Positions 30,911 to 43,990 of a DNA stretch of 64,000 bases are shown in pieces. Both the position numbers and the translations under genes were made by a program. Every line of letters starts with the position of its first letter. Position 1 is the stretch's first letter. Source of the stretch: Chrysemys picta bellii (lineage: Eukaryota); the NCBI RefSeq assembly GCF_011386835.1, contig NC_088810.1, forward strand, positions 5,146,001 through 5,210,000, in the 5' to 3' direction. Below the pieces are notes generated by a model. It was not told the DNA's origin and did not search any database. It saw only the letters and a program-made list of their open reading frames with translations.

Positions 30911-33900
30911 CGGGGCGCTGCCCTCCTCCCCATAGACCCTCCCTTCCACCCCATAGACCCCCAGCCAGGGACCCCCCTTCCACGCCATAGACCCCCCCAG
31001 CCGCCCATGGGACCCCCAGCCAGGGAAACCCTCCTCTACAGAACCCCCCCTCCACCCCATAGACCCCCCCCAGGAACCCCCTCCACCCCATAGATCCCCC
31101 CTCCACCCCATAGACCTCCCCCAGGGACCCCCCTCCACCCCATAGACCCCCCCATAGACCTCCCCCAGGGACCCCCCTCCACTCCATACATCCCCCTTCC
31201 ACCCCATAGACCCCCCCAGCCAGGGACCCCCCTTCCATGCCATAGACCCCCCCCCAGCCACCCATGGGAGCCCCAGCCAAGGAAACCCTCCTCTACAGAA
31301 CCCCCCTCCACCCCATAGACCCCCCCCATAGACCTCCCCCAGGGACCCCCCTCCACCCCATAGATCCCCCTTCCACCCCATAGAACCCCCACAGCCAGGG
31401 ACCCCCCTTCCACCCCATAGATCCCCCATCTACCCCATAGACCTCCCCCAGGGACCCCCGCCCCATAGAACCCCAGCCAGGGACCCCCCCTCCACCCCAT
31501 AGCTTCCCTCCACCCCATAGACCACCCAGGCACCCCCCTCCGCCCCATAGAACCCCAGCCAGGGATCTCCCCTCCACCCCATAGCTTCCCTCCACCCCAT
31601 AGACCCCCCCAGGGACCCCCTTCCGCCCCATAGAACCCCCCAGCCACCCATGGGACCCCCAGCCAGCGAAACCCTCCCCCATGGAACCCCCCCTCCACCC
31701 CATAGACCCCCCCTTAGACCTCCCCAGGCACCGCCTCCGCCCCATAGAACCCCAGCCAGGGACTCCCCCCTCCACCCCATAGACCTCCCCCAGGGACACC
31801 CCTCCACCCCATAGACCCCCCATAGACCTCCCCCAGGGACCCCCCTCCACCCCATAGATCCCCCTTCCACCCCCATAGATCCCCCCCAGCCAGGGACCCC
31901 CCTTCCATGCTATAGACACCCCCCCAGCCACCCATGGGAGCCCCAGCCAGGGAAACCCTCCCCCATGGAACCCCCCCTCCACCCCATAGACCTCCCTCAG
32001 GGACCCCCCTCCACCCCATAGATCCCCCTTCCACCCCATAGACCCCCACAGCCAGGGACCCCCCCTCCACCCCATAGATTCCCTCCACCCCATAGACCAC
32101 CCAGGCACCCCCCTCCGCCCCATAGAACCCCAGCCAGGGGTCTCCCCTCCACCCCATAGCTTCCCTCCACCCCATAGACCCCCCCAGGGACCCCCTTCTG
32201 CCCCATAGAACCCCCCAGCCACCCATGGGACCCCCAGCCAGCGAAACCCTCCCCCATGGAACCCCCCCTCCACCCCATAGACCCCCCCTTAGACCTCCCC
32301 CAGGCACCCCCTCCACCCCATAGAACCCCAGCCAGGGACTCCCCCCTCCACCCCATAGCTTCTCTCCACCCTATAGACCCCCTCAGGGAACCCCCTCCAC
32401 CCCATAGCTCCCCCCAGCCACCCATGGGACCCCCAGCCAGCGAAACCCTCCCCCACTGAACCCCTTCTCCACCCCATAGACCCCCCCCTTAGACCTCCCC
32501 CAGGGACCCCCTCCACCCCATAGAACCCCAGCCAGGGACCCCCCTTCGACCCCATAGCTTCCCTCCATCCCATAGACCTCCTCAGGGAACCCCTGCCACC
32601 CCATAGACCTCCCCCAGGGACCTCCCTCCACCCCATAGACCCCCCCCAGCTGCCCATGGGACCCCCAGCCAGGGAAACCCTCCCCCATGGAATCCCCCTC
32701 CACCCCATAGACCTCCCCCAGAGACTCCATCCATGGGAACTCCCATTCCAGCCCCATAGATCCCCCCAACCAGAGACCTCCATGCCTCCCATCCGACCCC
32801 CTCCACCCCATAGAACCCCAGCCAGGGACCCCCCTTCGACCCCATAGCTTCCCTCCACCCCATAGACCCCCTCAGGGAACCCCCGCCATGCCATAGACCT
32901 CCCCCAGGGACCCACCTCCACCCCATAGACCTCCCCCAGAGACTCCATCCATGGGAACCCCCATTCCAGCCCCATAGATCCCCCCAACCAGAGACCTCCA
33001 TGCCTCCCATCCGACCCCATGTCCAGCCCCTTAACCCCACAACCAGGGCATCCTCCCCGACATTAGAACTCTCTTCCAGCTTAAGAGTCTCCCTTCCTCC
33101 AGCCCCACCCAGCCAGGGAACCCCCTCCCACAAACACCCCCACACACAGACCACCGCCCCTCCCTCCATAGAATTCCCATCTCCTGTTGGAGAGGGGAGG
33201 ATCTCTCTGTCTCTGACCCCCTTTTCCGTTCCCCCCGCAGCTCCCCCAGGCCCAGCGAGCCCAGCCCCACAGAGCCGCCCGCCTCGGACCAGACCGCGCT
33301 GGAGAAGATGCCCGTTGTGCCCTCCTGCCCTACCCCCGGCTCTGCCACACCTTGGATCCTGGGTCGCCCCTCGGCCGGGGCCCTGTCCTCCATCACCGTG
33401 CCCGTCCGGCTGGACGCCCTCGCCTACCTGCTCAACAGCGCCCTCTTGGGGGCCTACTCGGCCTTGCCACAGACGCCCCTCTCCGGCAGCCACGGGGCAT
33501 TGGCCATGGGTCACGGCGGGCCTCCCCAACATGCACTGGGCTGCGGGTGTCAGCCACGCTACTGCTGTGGCCCCCAGCCGGCTCGGGTGGGGTGCTGTGG
33601 GTCTGGCGCCGTGGGGCAGAGCAGCGCCGGCTGCTCCCAAGAGATACCTGGGGGCCGCAGCGATTGGCAGGACTCCTCTGCGAGATGGGACCGGCGAGGG
33701 TCTCCGTCGCTGAGTGGCTGGGGGGAGAACCGGCGAGCAAGGGGGCAGAAAGATTTCAGTCGGCCCTGGGGGTGGCAGAGGCCGTGGGGCGAGGCGGACT
33801 CCGCCCCACGCAAGGCGGGACAGTGGGGGCCGGGGAGAGCCCAGAGCTCAGATTATGCGGCCAGGAAGCGGAACCAAGATGGCTGCCCGTGGGACGCCCC

Positions 33901-34435
33901 TGGGGCAAAGAGATGGTCTAGTGGGGGGGTGAAGAGATGGGGGGAAACTGAGGCAGCCAAAGCCACCAGGGAAGATTGGGAGGCAGATTACGGGGGATCC
34001 AGCGCCCGAGGGAGCGTCTTGGAGAAAGCCCGGTCTTCCCAGCCCAGCCTCCCAGCTTCCCAGGAAGGAGAAGACTGGGAAAAGGAGTATGAGGAGTCCC
34101 CCAAATCGGCGCCGGGGGTTCCCCCTCTTCCACAGGTGGCTTTGAAGGTTCAACCGGCCTCCCTCCAGGAGAGGACAACGCCCCGCCCAGCTTGCAAGGA
34201 CGGCAGCGTCTCCAGCTATCTCCAGAACCTCTTTGCCGACCTGCGCGGGGGGTCCAGCACCGCCTCAGAGCCGCGCCGGGGGAGACAGCCCCCTGGAGGT
34301 GCCGCCGAACGTGGGACACGGCTCCCGGAAGGAGGAGGAGGCCCGAGTGGCCAGGGGTCTGCCAAGCTCGGCGATTTCACGGCCCAGCGCGTTGACCTCC
34401 CCAGAGCCGCCGCAGAGAACGAGGACAGTGCGTGA
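30868..34435 (+). CDS. C19orf84: C19orf84 orthologue (piRNA-pathway/SPOCD1-associated factor in mammals), 409 aa, 2 exons
   Basis: Exon 1 30868-30902 (MEGPSGAARSAG, donor GG|GTGAG, phase 2) joins exon 2 33241-34435 in frame. Block SSITVPVRLDALAYLLNSALLGAY (33386-33457) matches human [24 protein letters not shown] as recalled (17/24 identical). Cys cluster, GW motifs and EDWExxY are also shared. Lies directly upstream of LIM2 on the same strand, as in human. Confidence 0.85.
30920..33000. repeat. C-rich minisatellite filling most of C19orf84 intron 1
   Basis: CCCCATAGACC...CAGCCAGGGACCCCCC units over about 2.1 kb; source of the Gly/Trp-rich reverse pseudo-ORFs. Confidence 0.9.
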
Positions 34436-34569
34436 GCCCTGCCGAAGCTGGGGCCTCATGGTTCTCCCATCCAACCGGCCACCCGTTGCTGACTCCACCA
34501 GCCCACCGGGCTCGGCCGTTCAGCCAAGGGTTGGTTTGTTGTTAACTCCGTTCTTTTTCATCCTCCAGC

Positions 34570-35090
34570 ATCTACCCATCCTCCTCCATTCCTAACCTGT
34601 CCCAACAAGTCTTCTACCCATGATCCTCCCTTCCTAGCCCTCTTCCCATCATCCTCCATTCCTAGCCTTCTACCCATCATCCTCCATTCCTAACCTGCCC
34701 CAACAAATCTTCTACCCATGATCCTCCCTTCCTAGCCTTCTACCCATCATCCTCCATTCCTAGCCTTCTACCCATCATCCTCCATTCCTAACCTGCCCCA
34801 ACAAGTCTTCTACCCATGATCCTCCCTTCCTAGCCCTCTACTCATCATTCTCCATTTCTAGCCGTCTACCCATGATCCTCCATTCCTAACTTGCCCTAAC
34901 AAGTTTTCTACCCATGATCCTCCTTTCCTAGCCCTCTACCCATGATCGTGGACCCCAATCAAGCTTTCTATCCATGATCCTCCCTTCCTAGCCCTCTACC
35001 CATCATCCTCCATTCCTAGCCCTCTACCTGTGACCCTCCACCCCAAACAAGCCTTTTCCCCAGGATCCTCCATTCCCAACCTCTTGTCTT
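34570..35090. repeat. ~27-bp tandem repeat downstream of the C19orf84 stop (probable 3'UTR)
   Basis: TTCTACCCAT(C/G)ATCCTCCATTCCTAGCC units; first downstream AATAAA at about 35872. Confidence 0.8.
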
Positions 35091-36526
35091 TCTCTGTCCA
35101 AAGATTTTGATGTTGATTTAGGTTTAAAAATGATCAGAAATGGGGGTTTGCCTAAAGAACAACAGAGCGAGCCAGATTTCTGTTGTGTTTGTCTCTTTTA
35201 ATTGGTTACTTTCCAAGATTTGGCTATGAAACAAACCCAAATCCCCTGTCCTCGACCCCAGAGTGCCAGGTGACGGGCGTTTGGTATCTTTTCATTGCTA
35301 ACTTGAACCTTTGTTTGTATGTCCGGGTTAGAAAACGAAACTCAAATTAGTGCCCCCCGTGTTCTGCAAATGAACGCCGTGGTTTGTGTCACGTGCTTTG
35401 CGTTGAGCGGACGTGTACATGTCACGCAGGGCTCTACCCTGCTTCACAAGATCAGGGCCTAAATTTCTTGATGTCAAAGGTCTGGAGATTAGTCCTAGCT
35501 TTAAAAAAAACCCCACAAAATATTCCGTGCATTTTTACACACACACCCCCCCGAATTCTTATTTTGTATCATCGCGTTTGGAATTTCTCAAGATTTGTGG
35601 TTTTCTTTCTAGGTTTAAAACCATGCCAAGGGCCAGGCTGTTGGAAGTCTTGTTAGAGTTGACTCCCTGACAGCGTTAAGTTGTGTTTGCAAAGAGAGTT
35701 GGATTGTGAGTTGTTTGAATGTGTTGAAACGTTTCTCTGGGGAGATTACGGGTTTGAGCTCAGCTCTCTGTGTAAATCTGTATCGATGACATGGGTGAGC
35801 CAGTCACTCTGCCAACTACCCCAGATCTCAGGGAGTACAGACGATTGATTGCTAAAATATAGATGTTAGGCAATAAAATTTCTCTCGGCTGTATGGAGTT
35901 GAAAAAGTGAGTGTCACTTATTGCATATTGCTGTGTGTGTCACATCTGCAGTATAACTTCTGTGCACTACAAAGGGAAAAAATGGTGAATTTGACTTCCT
36001 GCATTTATGATCTAGCAATCATTCGAATCTCCCGTTTTCACCGCTGTGTATCCCAGAGAAATTGTATTGCACCTAGAACTCTGTCTTTGGGCTAGAGATT
36101 TATACACAGGTTTATACAAAACTTCAATCTGATTTGTTGCCTCTAAGACATATAGATGCAATCATAGAAATTTGCCGGTTTCATCTGTATAGCCCATGCA
36201 TATAGGATAGATATAGCCCAGAAAAATGATATTGTCATGATCTATATGCAGAATAACTCTACCCATTCTCTGCCATGTGTAGAGATTAAATAGTGAATTT
36301 GAATGATTGCACGTTTGAATGATTGCAGAGGAATTCTATTGCCCATGGAGTTCTGTCTTGTGCTATCGAGAGGTTTCATTTCCATATGGCTTGTTGCACA
36401 TGTGACAAAGAGCTGCATTAATAGAAATCCAGCACTTGAATCTATATTGCATGTACATGATATCGCATATCCGATGTGTATGGCACAGAAATGATATTTT
36501 GCTGTGATCTCTGACAGGTTATATAC

Positions 36527-36856
36527 CAGTGTTTCTCAAACTGGGGTCGCCGCTTGTGTCGGGAAAGCCCCTGGCGGGCCGGGCCGGTTTGTTGACCTGC
36601 CCCGTCCGCAGGTCCGGCCGATTGCGGCTCCCGCTGGCCGCGGTTCGCCGCTCCAGGCCAATGGGAGCTGCTGAAGCGGCATGGGCGGAGGGACGTACTG
36701 GTCGCCGCTTCCAGCAGCTCCCGTTGGACTGGAACCGCGAACTGCAGCCAGTGGGAGCCGCGATCGGCCGGACCTGCGGACGGGGCAGGTAAACAAACCG
36801 GCCCGGTCCGCCAGGGGCTTTCCGACACAAGCGCGACCCCAGTTTGAGAAACCCTG
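36527..36856. mobile_element. hAT-Charlie-like palindromic MITE (330 bp)
   Basis: TIRs CAGTGTTTCTCAAACTGGGG / CCCCAGTTTGAGAAACCCTG; self-complementary along most of its length; TSD TTATATAC/CTCTATAC. Confidence 0.85.
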
Positions 36857-38781
36857 CTCTATACTTTCTGTGCTATATAGAGATTAAAAGGGGGAATCTG
36901 ACTGATTGCCCGTATTAGTTGCATATTATACGAGTGTACGTATGCAATCAGTCAACGTTGGCATTTAATATATAGCCCAGAGAATTGACACTACTCCGCA
37001 AGAAGGCAAGTGCCCTCTGTAGCTCCGTACAGGGGAGAGAAATGCTGCGTGTGTGACGTCTATTCCAGCAGTGGCTTCTGACCCCGAAGGATGATGCCTC
37101 AGACATGCCCGTGTCTGAACACCAGCGAGCGTTATTGTGGGGTAATCACATGGAGGGGGTATTTTTAACAGAGGCCCTGAGACATTAAGAGCAGAAGATG
37201 CCTTCACGTTCATCCTGAAAGCAGCTCCTTAGAATCCGAGGAGCAAAGCGTTCCCCTTCGGTTATGGGGCTTGGGGGGTCGTTAAGTCCCTGATATTTTT
37301 TGTTAAGAGCGCATTAGCAGGGTGCGTGTGTTTTACCTCAACAAAATAGCCTCAGAGCTTCTGGGGTGTTTGTGTCTTGAAAGGGGACCGAGGTGGGATC
37401 CCACAGGACGGGAGTCTAGGACCGGAAGCCAGTGCCCCCCAGTGGGGGCGGTGGCTGGGACCCGAATTGGACCCCGGAGAGTGGACACTTGGGAGGCTTC
37501 AGAATAACTGTCATTTAATGCAACATAGAACACGTTGGCGTCTGCTGAGTTCTCTGCGGTTGGGAATAAAGGTGTTGTTTGTATTTGGGATGCGTTGAGT
37601 TTTCAGTGAGTCTACATTGATGGACATTACTTGGAAAGTTAGAGGACCAGGGAAAGGGACATGGGGCCTTTCCCCTCTAGGGGGCGCCGTCTCTCATCTG
37701 GCCCCAGGCCGGGGGACTGGCTTCAGAGGTGCCAGGAATGAAATGAAAATCTGCCCCTATTTTCAGTGGGCCAGTTCCTGTAGACGCAGCAGTGGGCTTC
37801 CCCGTTTGGGAGAGGAACAGGTGTTTGGGATCAAATTAGCTCTGTAGGGCGAAAATTGAGGGGTATCAGGAGGGGCCCCGTGCCTCACCCTAGAGGTGGC
37901 TGCATCTCAGCCCTGGGCGAGGGATCCCTGTATGAAACCTGGACACCCAGCTCCCTTCTCCCCCGCGCTGTCCTGGGAGGCCCCTGTGCGGCCGCTCCAG
38001 GCTCAATGGAACTGACCGACTCATCAGGTTGTTTTGAGGCTCCCGGGGGCAGGAGTGCTGGAACTGCAGATCCCGGCTTCTGGAACCAGCTGTCCCTGCC
38101 ATGGCCCCCCGGCCCATCATTAGCATTAAGGGATTTGCCGGCCTCTGCAAAATCGCTCCCGGCGGCTAGGAGAGGAGAGGGGTGACGGCCTCTGGGCAGT
38201 GTGGAGCAGAGCCGGGCGCTGGGGTCGGCACAGGTAGGGGGCACCGGCGGGGGGAAGGGGACACAGGGACCCACCGAGGGGCTCCCCCTCTGAGCTACAC
38301 ACGCAGCGACCTGGGAGCAGAGACACCCTGATACACAGGCACACAAACCAACTGCCCCCCCATGCACACACTGGCCCTGAGAAATACTCCCCACCACTCA
38401 CACATTGACACATGCCCATGCAGCGATGCTGCTACGATACTTATCAATCCACTCCCCTCCCAGAGCCGGGGACAGAACCCAGGAGTCCTGGCTCCCAGCC
38501 CCCCACTGCTCTAACCCACTAGACCTCACTCCCCTCCCAGAGCCGGGGACAGAACCCAGGAGTTCTGGCTCCCAGCCCCCACTGCCTCTAACCCACTAGA
38601 CCCCACTCCCCTCCCAGAGCTGGGGACAGAACCCAGGAGTCCTGGCTCCCAGCCCCCAGTGCTCTAACCCCACTAGACCTCACTCCCTTCCCAGAGCCAG
38701 GGATAGAACCCAGGAGTCCTGGCTCCCAGCCCCCAACCCTAAACCCTAACCGGTTTTGTGCTGTCTGCAGGCTCAGGCAGG

Positions 38782-41084
38782 ATGTACAGCTTCATGGCAG
38801 GGGGTCTTTTCTGCGCCTCGGTCGGGAACATCCTGCTGGTGGTTTGCACAGCCACTGACTACTGGGTGCAGTACCGGCTCCAGGGAGCCTTGGCCCACCA
38901 AGGCCTCTGGCGGTACTGTCTGGCGGGCAAGTGCTACATGCAGATGGAGAACATTGGTAAGGACCACTAGGGGGCACTGTGCTGCAGGGAGCGGGGTGGG
39001 GGCTCTCCCCTGGCAGGCAGGGCTGGCGCAGATGCACTAGGGGGCGCTGTGCTGCAGGGAGCGGGGTGGCGACTCTCCCCTGGCAGTCAGGGCTGGCCCC
39101 AATGCCCCCAGGGCGGCGCTAGGGGCACTCCCAGAGGCCCTAGCATGTTCTCCAAGAGGCATTCGGCTTCCCTAAATCCTCCCTCAAGCTGAGATTTTCA
39201 TTTGCTTCCCTCCTAAATTGCACTGAATTGTGAATTAACCAGCCACTGTGCCCTGCCCCAGAGGTGGCTGCATCTCAGCACCAGGCGAACCAGCCCCGCA
39301 TGGTGTTATGTGTGGCTGTTCCACAGCTGCTCTGCCCCAGAGGTGGCTGCATCTCCGCAGTGGGCGAACCATCCCTGTGCAGTGTTATGTGTGGCTGTTA
39401 CCCAGCTCTCCCGCCCCAGAGGCAGCTGCATGTCTGTGCCAGGAGAGCCAGCCCCATGCAGCATTACATGTGGCTGTTCCCCTGCTTCCCTGCCCAGAGG
39501 TGGCTGCATCTGTGCGCCGGGCGAGCCGTCCCCTTCTAAACAGGAGCGGTTTTGAGTGTTTTCTCCCCGCTGCTCTAGCCTACTGGAATGCCACCCGGGC
39601 CTTCATGATCCTCTCTGCCCTGTCCTGCTTCGCTGGCATCATCACGGGGATCTTGTCCTTTGCCCACCGATCCACCTTCGAGAAATTCAACCGGTCGTTC
39701 GCTGCTGGGATAATGTTCTTCGTCTCCAGTAAGTGTCTGCCCACTGCCGCGGGGACCCCAGCTGGCCACCAAGACACAAGGAGGAGAGCAGGGTCTAGTG
39801 GTTAGAGCGGGGGGGCGGGGGGCTGGGAGCCAGGACACTTGGGTTCTTTTCCCAGCTCTGGGAGGAGAGTGGGGTCTAGTGTTTAGAGACGGGGGGCAGT
39901 GGGAGCCAGGACGCCTGGGTTCTCGCCCGGTTCTGGGAGGGGCGTGTGGTGTAGTTACACTTCCCAGGCAGGAGGGCCTGAGAATCAGGACGCCTGAATT
40001 CTCTCCCCAGCTCTGGGAGGGGAGTGGGGTCTAGTGGTTACAGTGGCGGGGGAGGGGCTGGGAGCCAGGACTCCTGGGTTCTATCCCAGCTCTGGGAGGG
40101 GCGCGGGGTGCAGTAGTTAGAGCAGGGAGGGGCTGGGAGCCAGGACTCCTGGGTTCTATCCCAGCTCTGGAGGGGCACAGGGTGCAGTGGTTAGAGCAGG
40201 GGGAGCAGGGAGGAGCTAGCAGCCAGGACTCCTGGGTTCTATCCCAGCTCTGGGAGGGGAATGGGGTGTAGTGTTTAGAGACGGGGGGCAGTGGGAGCCA
40301 GGACGCCTGGGTTCTCGCCCGGCTCTGGGAGGGGCGCGTGGCGTAGTTACACTTCCCAGGCATGTAGCGGTTTCTCTGGCCTCTTGTCCTGCCATCGGTC
40401 TCTCTGCCCCACCTCCTCCAGCGCTCTTCGTCCTGCTCGCCATGGCTGTCTACACCGGAGTCACCGTCAACTTCCTGGGCAAGCGGTTCGGGGACTGGCG
40501 CTTCTCCTGGTCTTACATCCTGGGCTGGGTTGCCCTGCTCATGACCTTCTTCGCAGGTACAGGCCCTTCCCCTCTAGGGGGCGCCAGCTCTCATCCAGCC
40601 CCGGGGCGGTGGGGGCAGTGTGGGGGCTGGCAATGGGGCTTTCCCTCTGGGGGTGGCAATAGGGCACCTTTCTCCTCATCCAATTCCTTGTTTCACACTC
40701 CCTGTCCAGGAATGCCCCGGCTCTGACCAGTAACCCCCCTCCCAGAGCTGGGGAGAGAACCCAGGAGTCCTGGCTCCCAGCCCCCGTGCTCTAACCATTA
40801 GACCCCACTCCCCCTCCAGAGAACCCAAGAGTCCTGGCTCCCAGCCACCCCCCGCTCTAATCACTAGACCCCCACTCCCCTCCCAGAGCTGGGGAGAGAA
40901 TTCAGGCGTCCTGACTCTCCTGCTCTAACCACTAGACCCCATTCCCTTCCTGGAGCCAGGGAGAGAACCCTGGAGTCCTGACCCCTCAGTGCTGTTAAAC
41001 AGCCCCTCTCTCCCCCTCACAGGGATATTTTACATGTGCGCGTATCGGATGCACGGATGCCAGCGCGTGGCTGAGACGCGTTAA
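38782..41084 (+). CDS. LIM2: Lens intrinsic membrane protein 2 (MP19/MP20), 173 aa
   Basis: Exons 38782-38956 (175), 39579-39728 (150), 40422-40556 (135), 41023-41084 (62). MYSFMAGGLFCA...GLWRYCL...AYWNATRAFMILS...FGDWRFSWSYILGW...GIFYMCAYRM. Intact. Candidate non-coding exon donor at 38233; AATAAA at 41762. Confidence 0.95.
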
Positions 41085-43759
41085 ACCTGCGCGATGGCGC
41101 TGCAGTGAATCGAGACACCTGCATCCCAGGGCGAGTGATACCTCGCCATCCCCACCCCCAGCCTTCCAGCAACCCACCATGGGACATCCCCGTAGCAAAC
41201 GCCCTTCGTTCGTTTCATCGGATTCCAGGCCAGCTTCCTTCTTTGGCGCTCGGAGCTGGACGTAACCAGAGCCAGCCCCCTGCCCCCAACGCTTTAGAAT
41301 CAAATCAGACAAAGGGAAGCATCAGTTACCCCCACCTTTTACAGTCTGGGGGAAACCGAGGCACGGCAAGATGGCCTGACCTGCCCAGTGTCGCACCGGA
41401 ACACAGCAGCAGTGCTGGGAATTGGAACGCAGGTGTCCTGAGTTCCCGGCGGGACCATCCTTCCTTTAGAACCGGATTTAAAATATCAAGCACCTGTGGC
41501 TGACTGAACTTGTGCTGTAGCTTTGATTGATAAGCAGACAGGCCGTGAAGTTAAATTGGCGCCTAGAATTACAACTGCTCAGAAATTTCTCTCTACCTCT
41601 GCGCCCCTCTGAGTAGCGTCAGCTAAGGCAACGTAGCAGCAGGAACCGCAGTTTTAAAGTTTTGTGTCTTTGGCCAGACAGCTCCGATTTTTGCCTTTAA
41701 CGAAGTTTTATGCATTGAATTTCCTTGGTTTTTCTTTTCTTTTTTTTTTTTAAAGAAAAAGAATAAAGGTCCTTAAAGCGGTTTGTTCCTTTGTTGATTT
41801 CTACCCACAAAATCACTAGTTGTGCTTGGAAACCCTTTGTGTGAAGTGCCTCAAACCCTAAAGCGGTTTGTAGTTCAATCCCAACAATGTTTTTTAAACA
41901 TTTTTTTTTAATTTCCTAGGCTTTTTGATCAAAGGCAGGAAAGATCCTTGAAAGCAACTTACCCTGCCTCAAGTGCCAAAGCGATATTAAACTGTTTTAA
42001 ATATTTAGAATTAAATTATTATGAATTTGTATTTTCATAGCCTCTGACGGCTCCAGTCATGGACCAAGCCCCCATCAAGTGAGGCCCTTACTCATGTTAA
42101 ATTTCCTTTTTTCTTTTAATAACAACAAGTTTTTAAGGCAATTAAAGCCTTAAATTAAAGGCTTAAGTCTCTAAAGCCAAAAAGGTATTACATATTTGTG
42201 CATAAATTATCACCCAGGGTCCCTCTTACTGAATTCCCCCCCCCTTTTTTTTAAGAAAGACATTTTCTATAGGCTGAATGAAACTGTCTAAAAACCTGAA
42301 GATGCATTAAACCATTTTAAATATTTACGTGACACAGTTTGAAATCCTCACAAAGTTTTTACAATGAAGTGCCTGGAATTTTTATTTTGAAAGAAATCTA
42401 TCCAGCTATCAAAATGTTTCACGGGAATTTGTGGGTTTTGAGGGGAAAAGACAAATCATTTCATTTTGGCAACGTGGACGTGTTTCGTTTTGACTTTTAC
42501 ATTCCAAATATGTCCTATTTTACTATTACATAATCTTTAAGCTTGTGTCAATATCGTGTATATGACCTTGAATATTTTAATAGACTATTAAAAGTCTAAA
42601 TGAAACGAATGAACCATTTGGCTGGTCCCGCGCAGACATTTTTTGGAATTTTCCTTGTGCGGGCAGCATTCAGATTTTGACTTTGTGTTCCCATTTGGAA
42701 CGAGCAAAATTCAAAATGTCAGAATGTCCCACAGAATAGAAATTCAGGCTGCTGACCAACCCTCTGTTTGAGCTTATGTTAAAATAATCACAAAGTTTTT
42801 TGCACTGAATTTCCTAGGTTTTTAGATGTCTATAAAAATATAAATAAAAGCTAAGGAAGGGGAGAATTTTTCAAACGCTCCTAAGTCACATACGCCCTTT
42901 TCCTCAAAGGTGCGTATGTGGGCACAAGTGCCAAAATACCTGTGAGGATCCAATGGGAGTTAGGAGCCTGCATACCTTTGGGATTCTAAGCTGCAGGGTC
43001 CTCAGTCCCATGAGAATTAGGCACCTCAGGCATTTAGATTGTTTGGAAAATTGTATCCGAGATCTGCGAAGCGAATGAAGCTGTCTCAAAAACGGGGCAG
43101 CGAGAGAAACTGATTGAAAGCCGATCGTCCCCCTGCCGAGCAGTAGCAGATGTCCGGCCCTTTCTCGGTCGCTTTCGCGTCGGAGTTCAAATCGGCGCGG
43201 CAGAGCTGGCAGTGTGCTTATTGGAAGTTGTTTATCTGCGCCGTATACCCCAGGCCTGGACCAGAGGTGGCCAAAGCAGGCAGCCAAACCCCAGTCAGGA
43301 ATCCCAGCGCAGCCACCAATGCCCGGGGCCCAGGACTCAACTGGGCCCCGTGACGGCGGAGAGCAAACGCCCTGGCCTGCTGGCGAGAGCTCCCTCCGCA
43401 GAGACCTGGCAGCACAGAGACGGACACCGCGGCGGCGTCTCGAGACTGAACGTCAGCGGCACCGAGCTTGGCGGGCCGGGTGCACCCGCGCTCCCTAGTG
43501 ACGCCCCGGGGGAAGCGGGGTCATGTCCCCTAGCCCTGCTCCAGTCAAGGCAGGGGGCTGGGTTTGAGGCGCCCGATACGCGCCTTACTCGGAAGGTAGC
43601 ACCACTGTTTTATAAGATGTGCCCCCTCCTCCCCAGTGGCCCCATCATGGTGCCACCTCCAGGTGGGTGCAGATTACGGTCACGCCCGGGGCGTAAGCGG
43701 CTTCGCCAGGCACCGGACCAGACCTTGGCCGTGTAGCCCACGAGCCAGTGGCTCGACGT

Positions 43760-43990
43760 GTGTGTGTGTGTGCGCGTTACCCTGGGCTCCCACAGACCCA
43801 AGCAGTGAGCCCCTCCCCTCTTCCTGTTACTACCCCTCCCCTGGAAAAAAAGATGCCACCCCCCCCCCTTCCATGGAGATTAAAGGGCCTGTTCTCAGAG
43901 CTGCCTGTCTGGTGACTTATTCGACCCCCTGGAGCGCCCCCCATCCCCACACTCCCCTCAAGTGTGTGTCAAAGGACTCCTGGGTTCTCT
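43760..43990 (+). other. Orphan NKG7-family 3'UTR/polyA module
   Basis: (GT)n-TTACCCTGGG..CCCACAGACC...CCATGGAGATTAAAGGGCCTGTT matches the 3'UTR of gene A (reverse of 2460-2650) and B (49470-49570). ATTAAA at 43879. No NKG7-like coding exons found upstream of it. Confidence 0.7.

Noticed and set aside
37085-37125. Possible C/D snoRNA (GATGATG...CTGA)
   Set aside because: The boxes are only about 20 nt apart, the C box is imperfect and there is no terminal stem.
43212-43736. CpG-rich ORFs between LIM2 and NKG7-like B
   Set aside because: No recognisable domain, no consistent exon chain, and no similarity to tetraspan exons.
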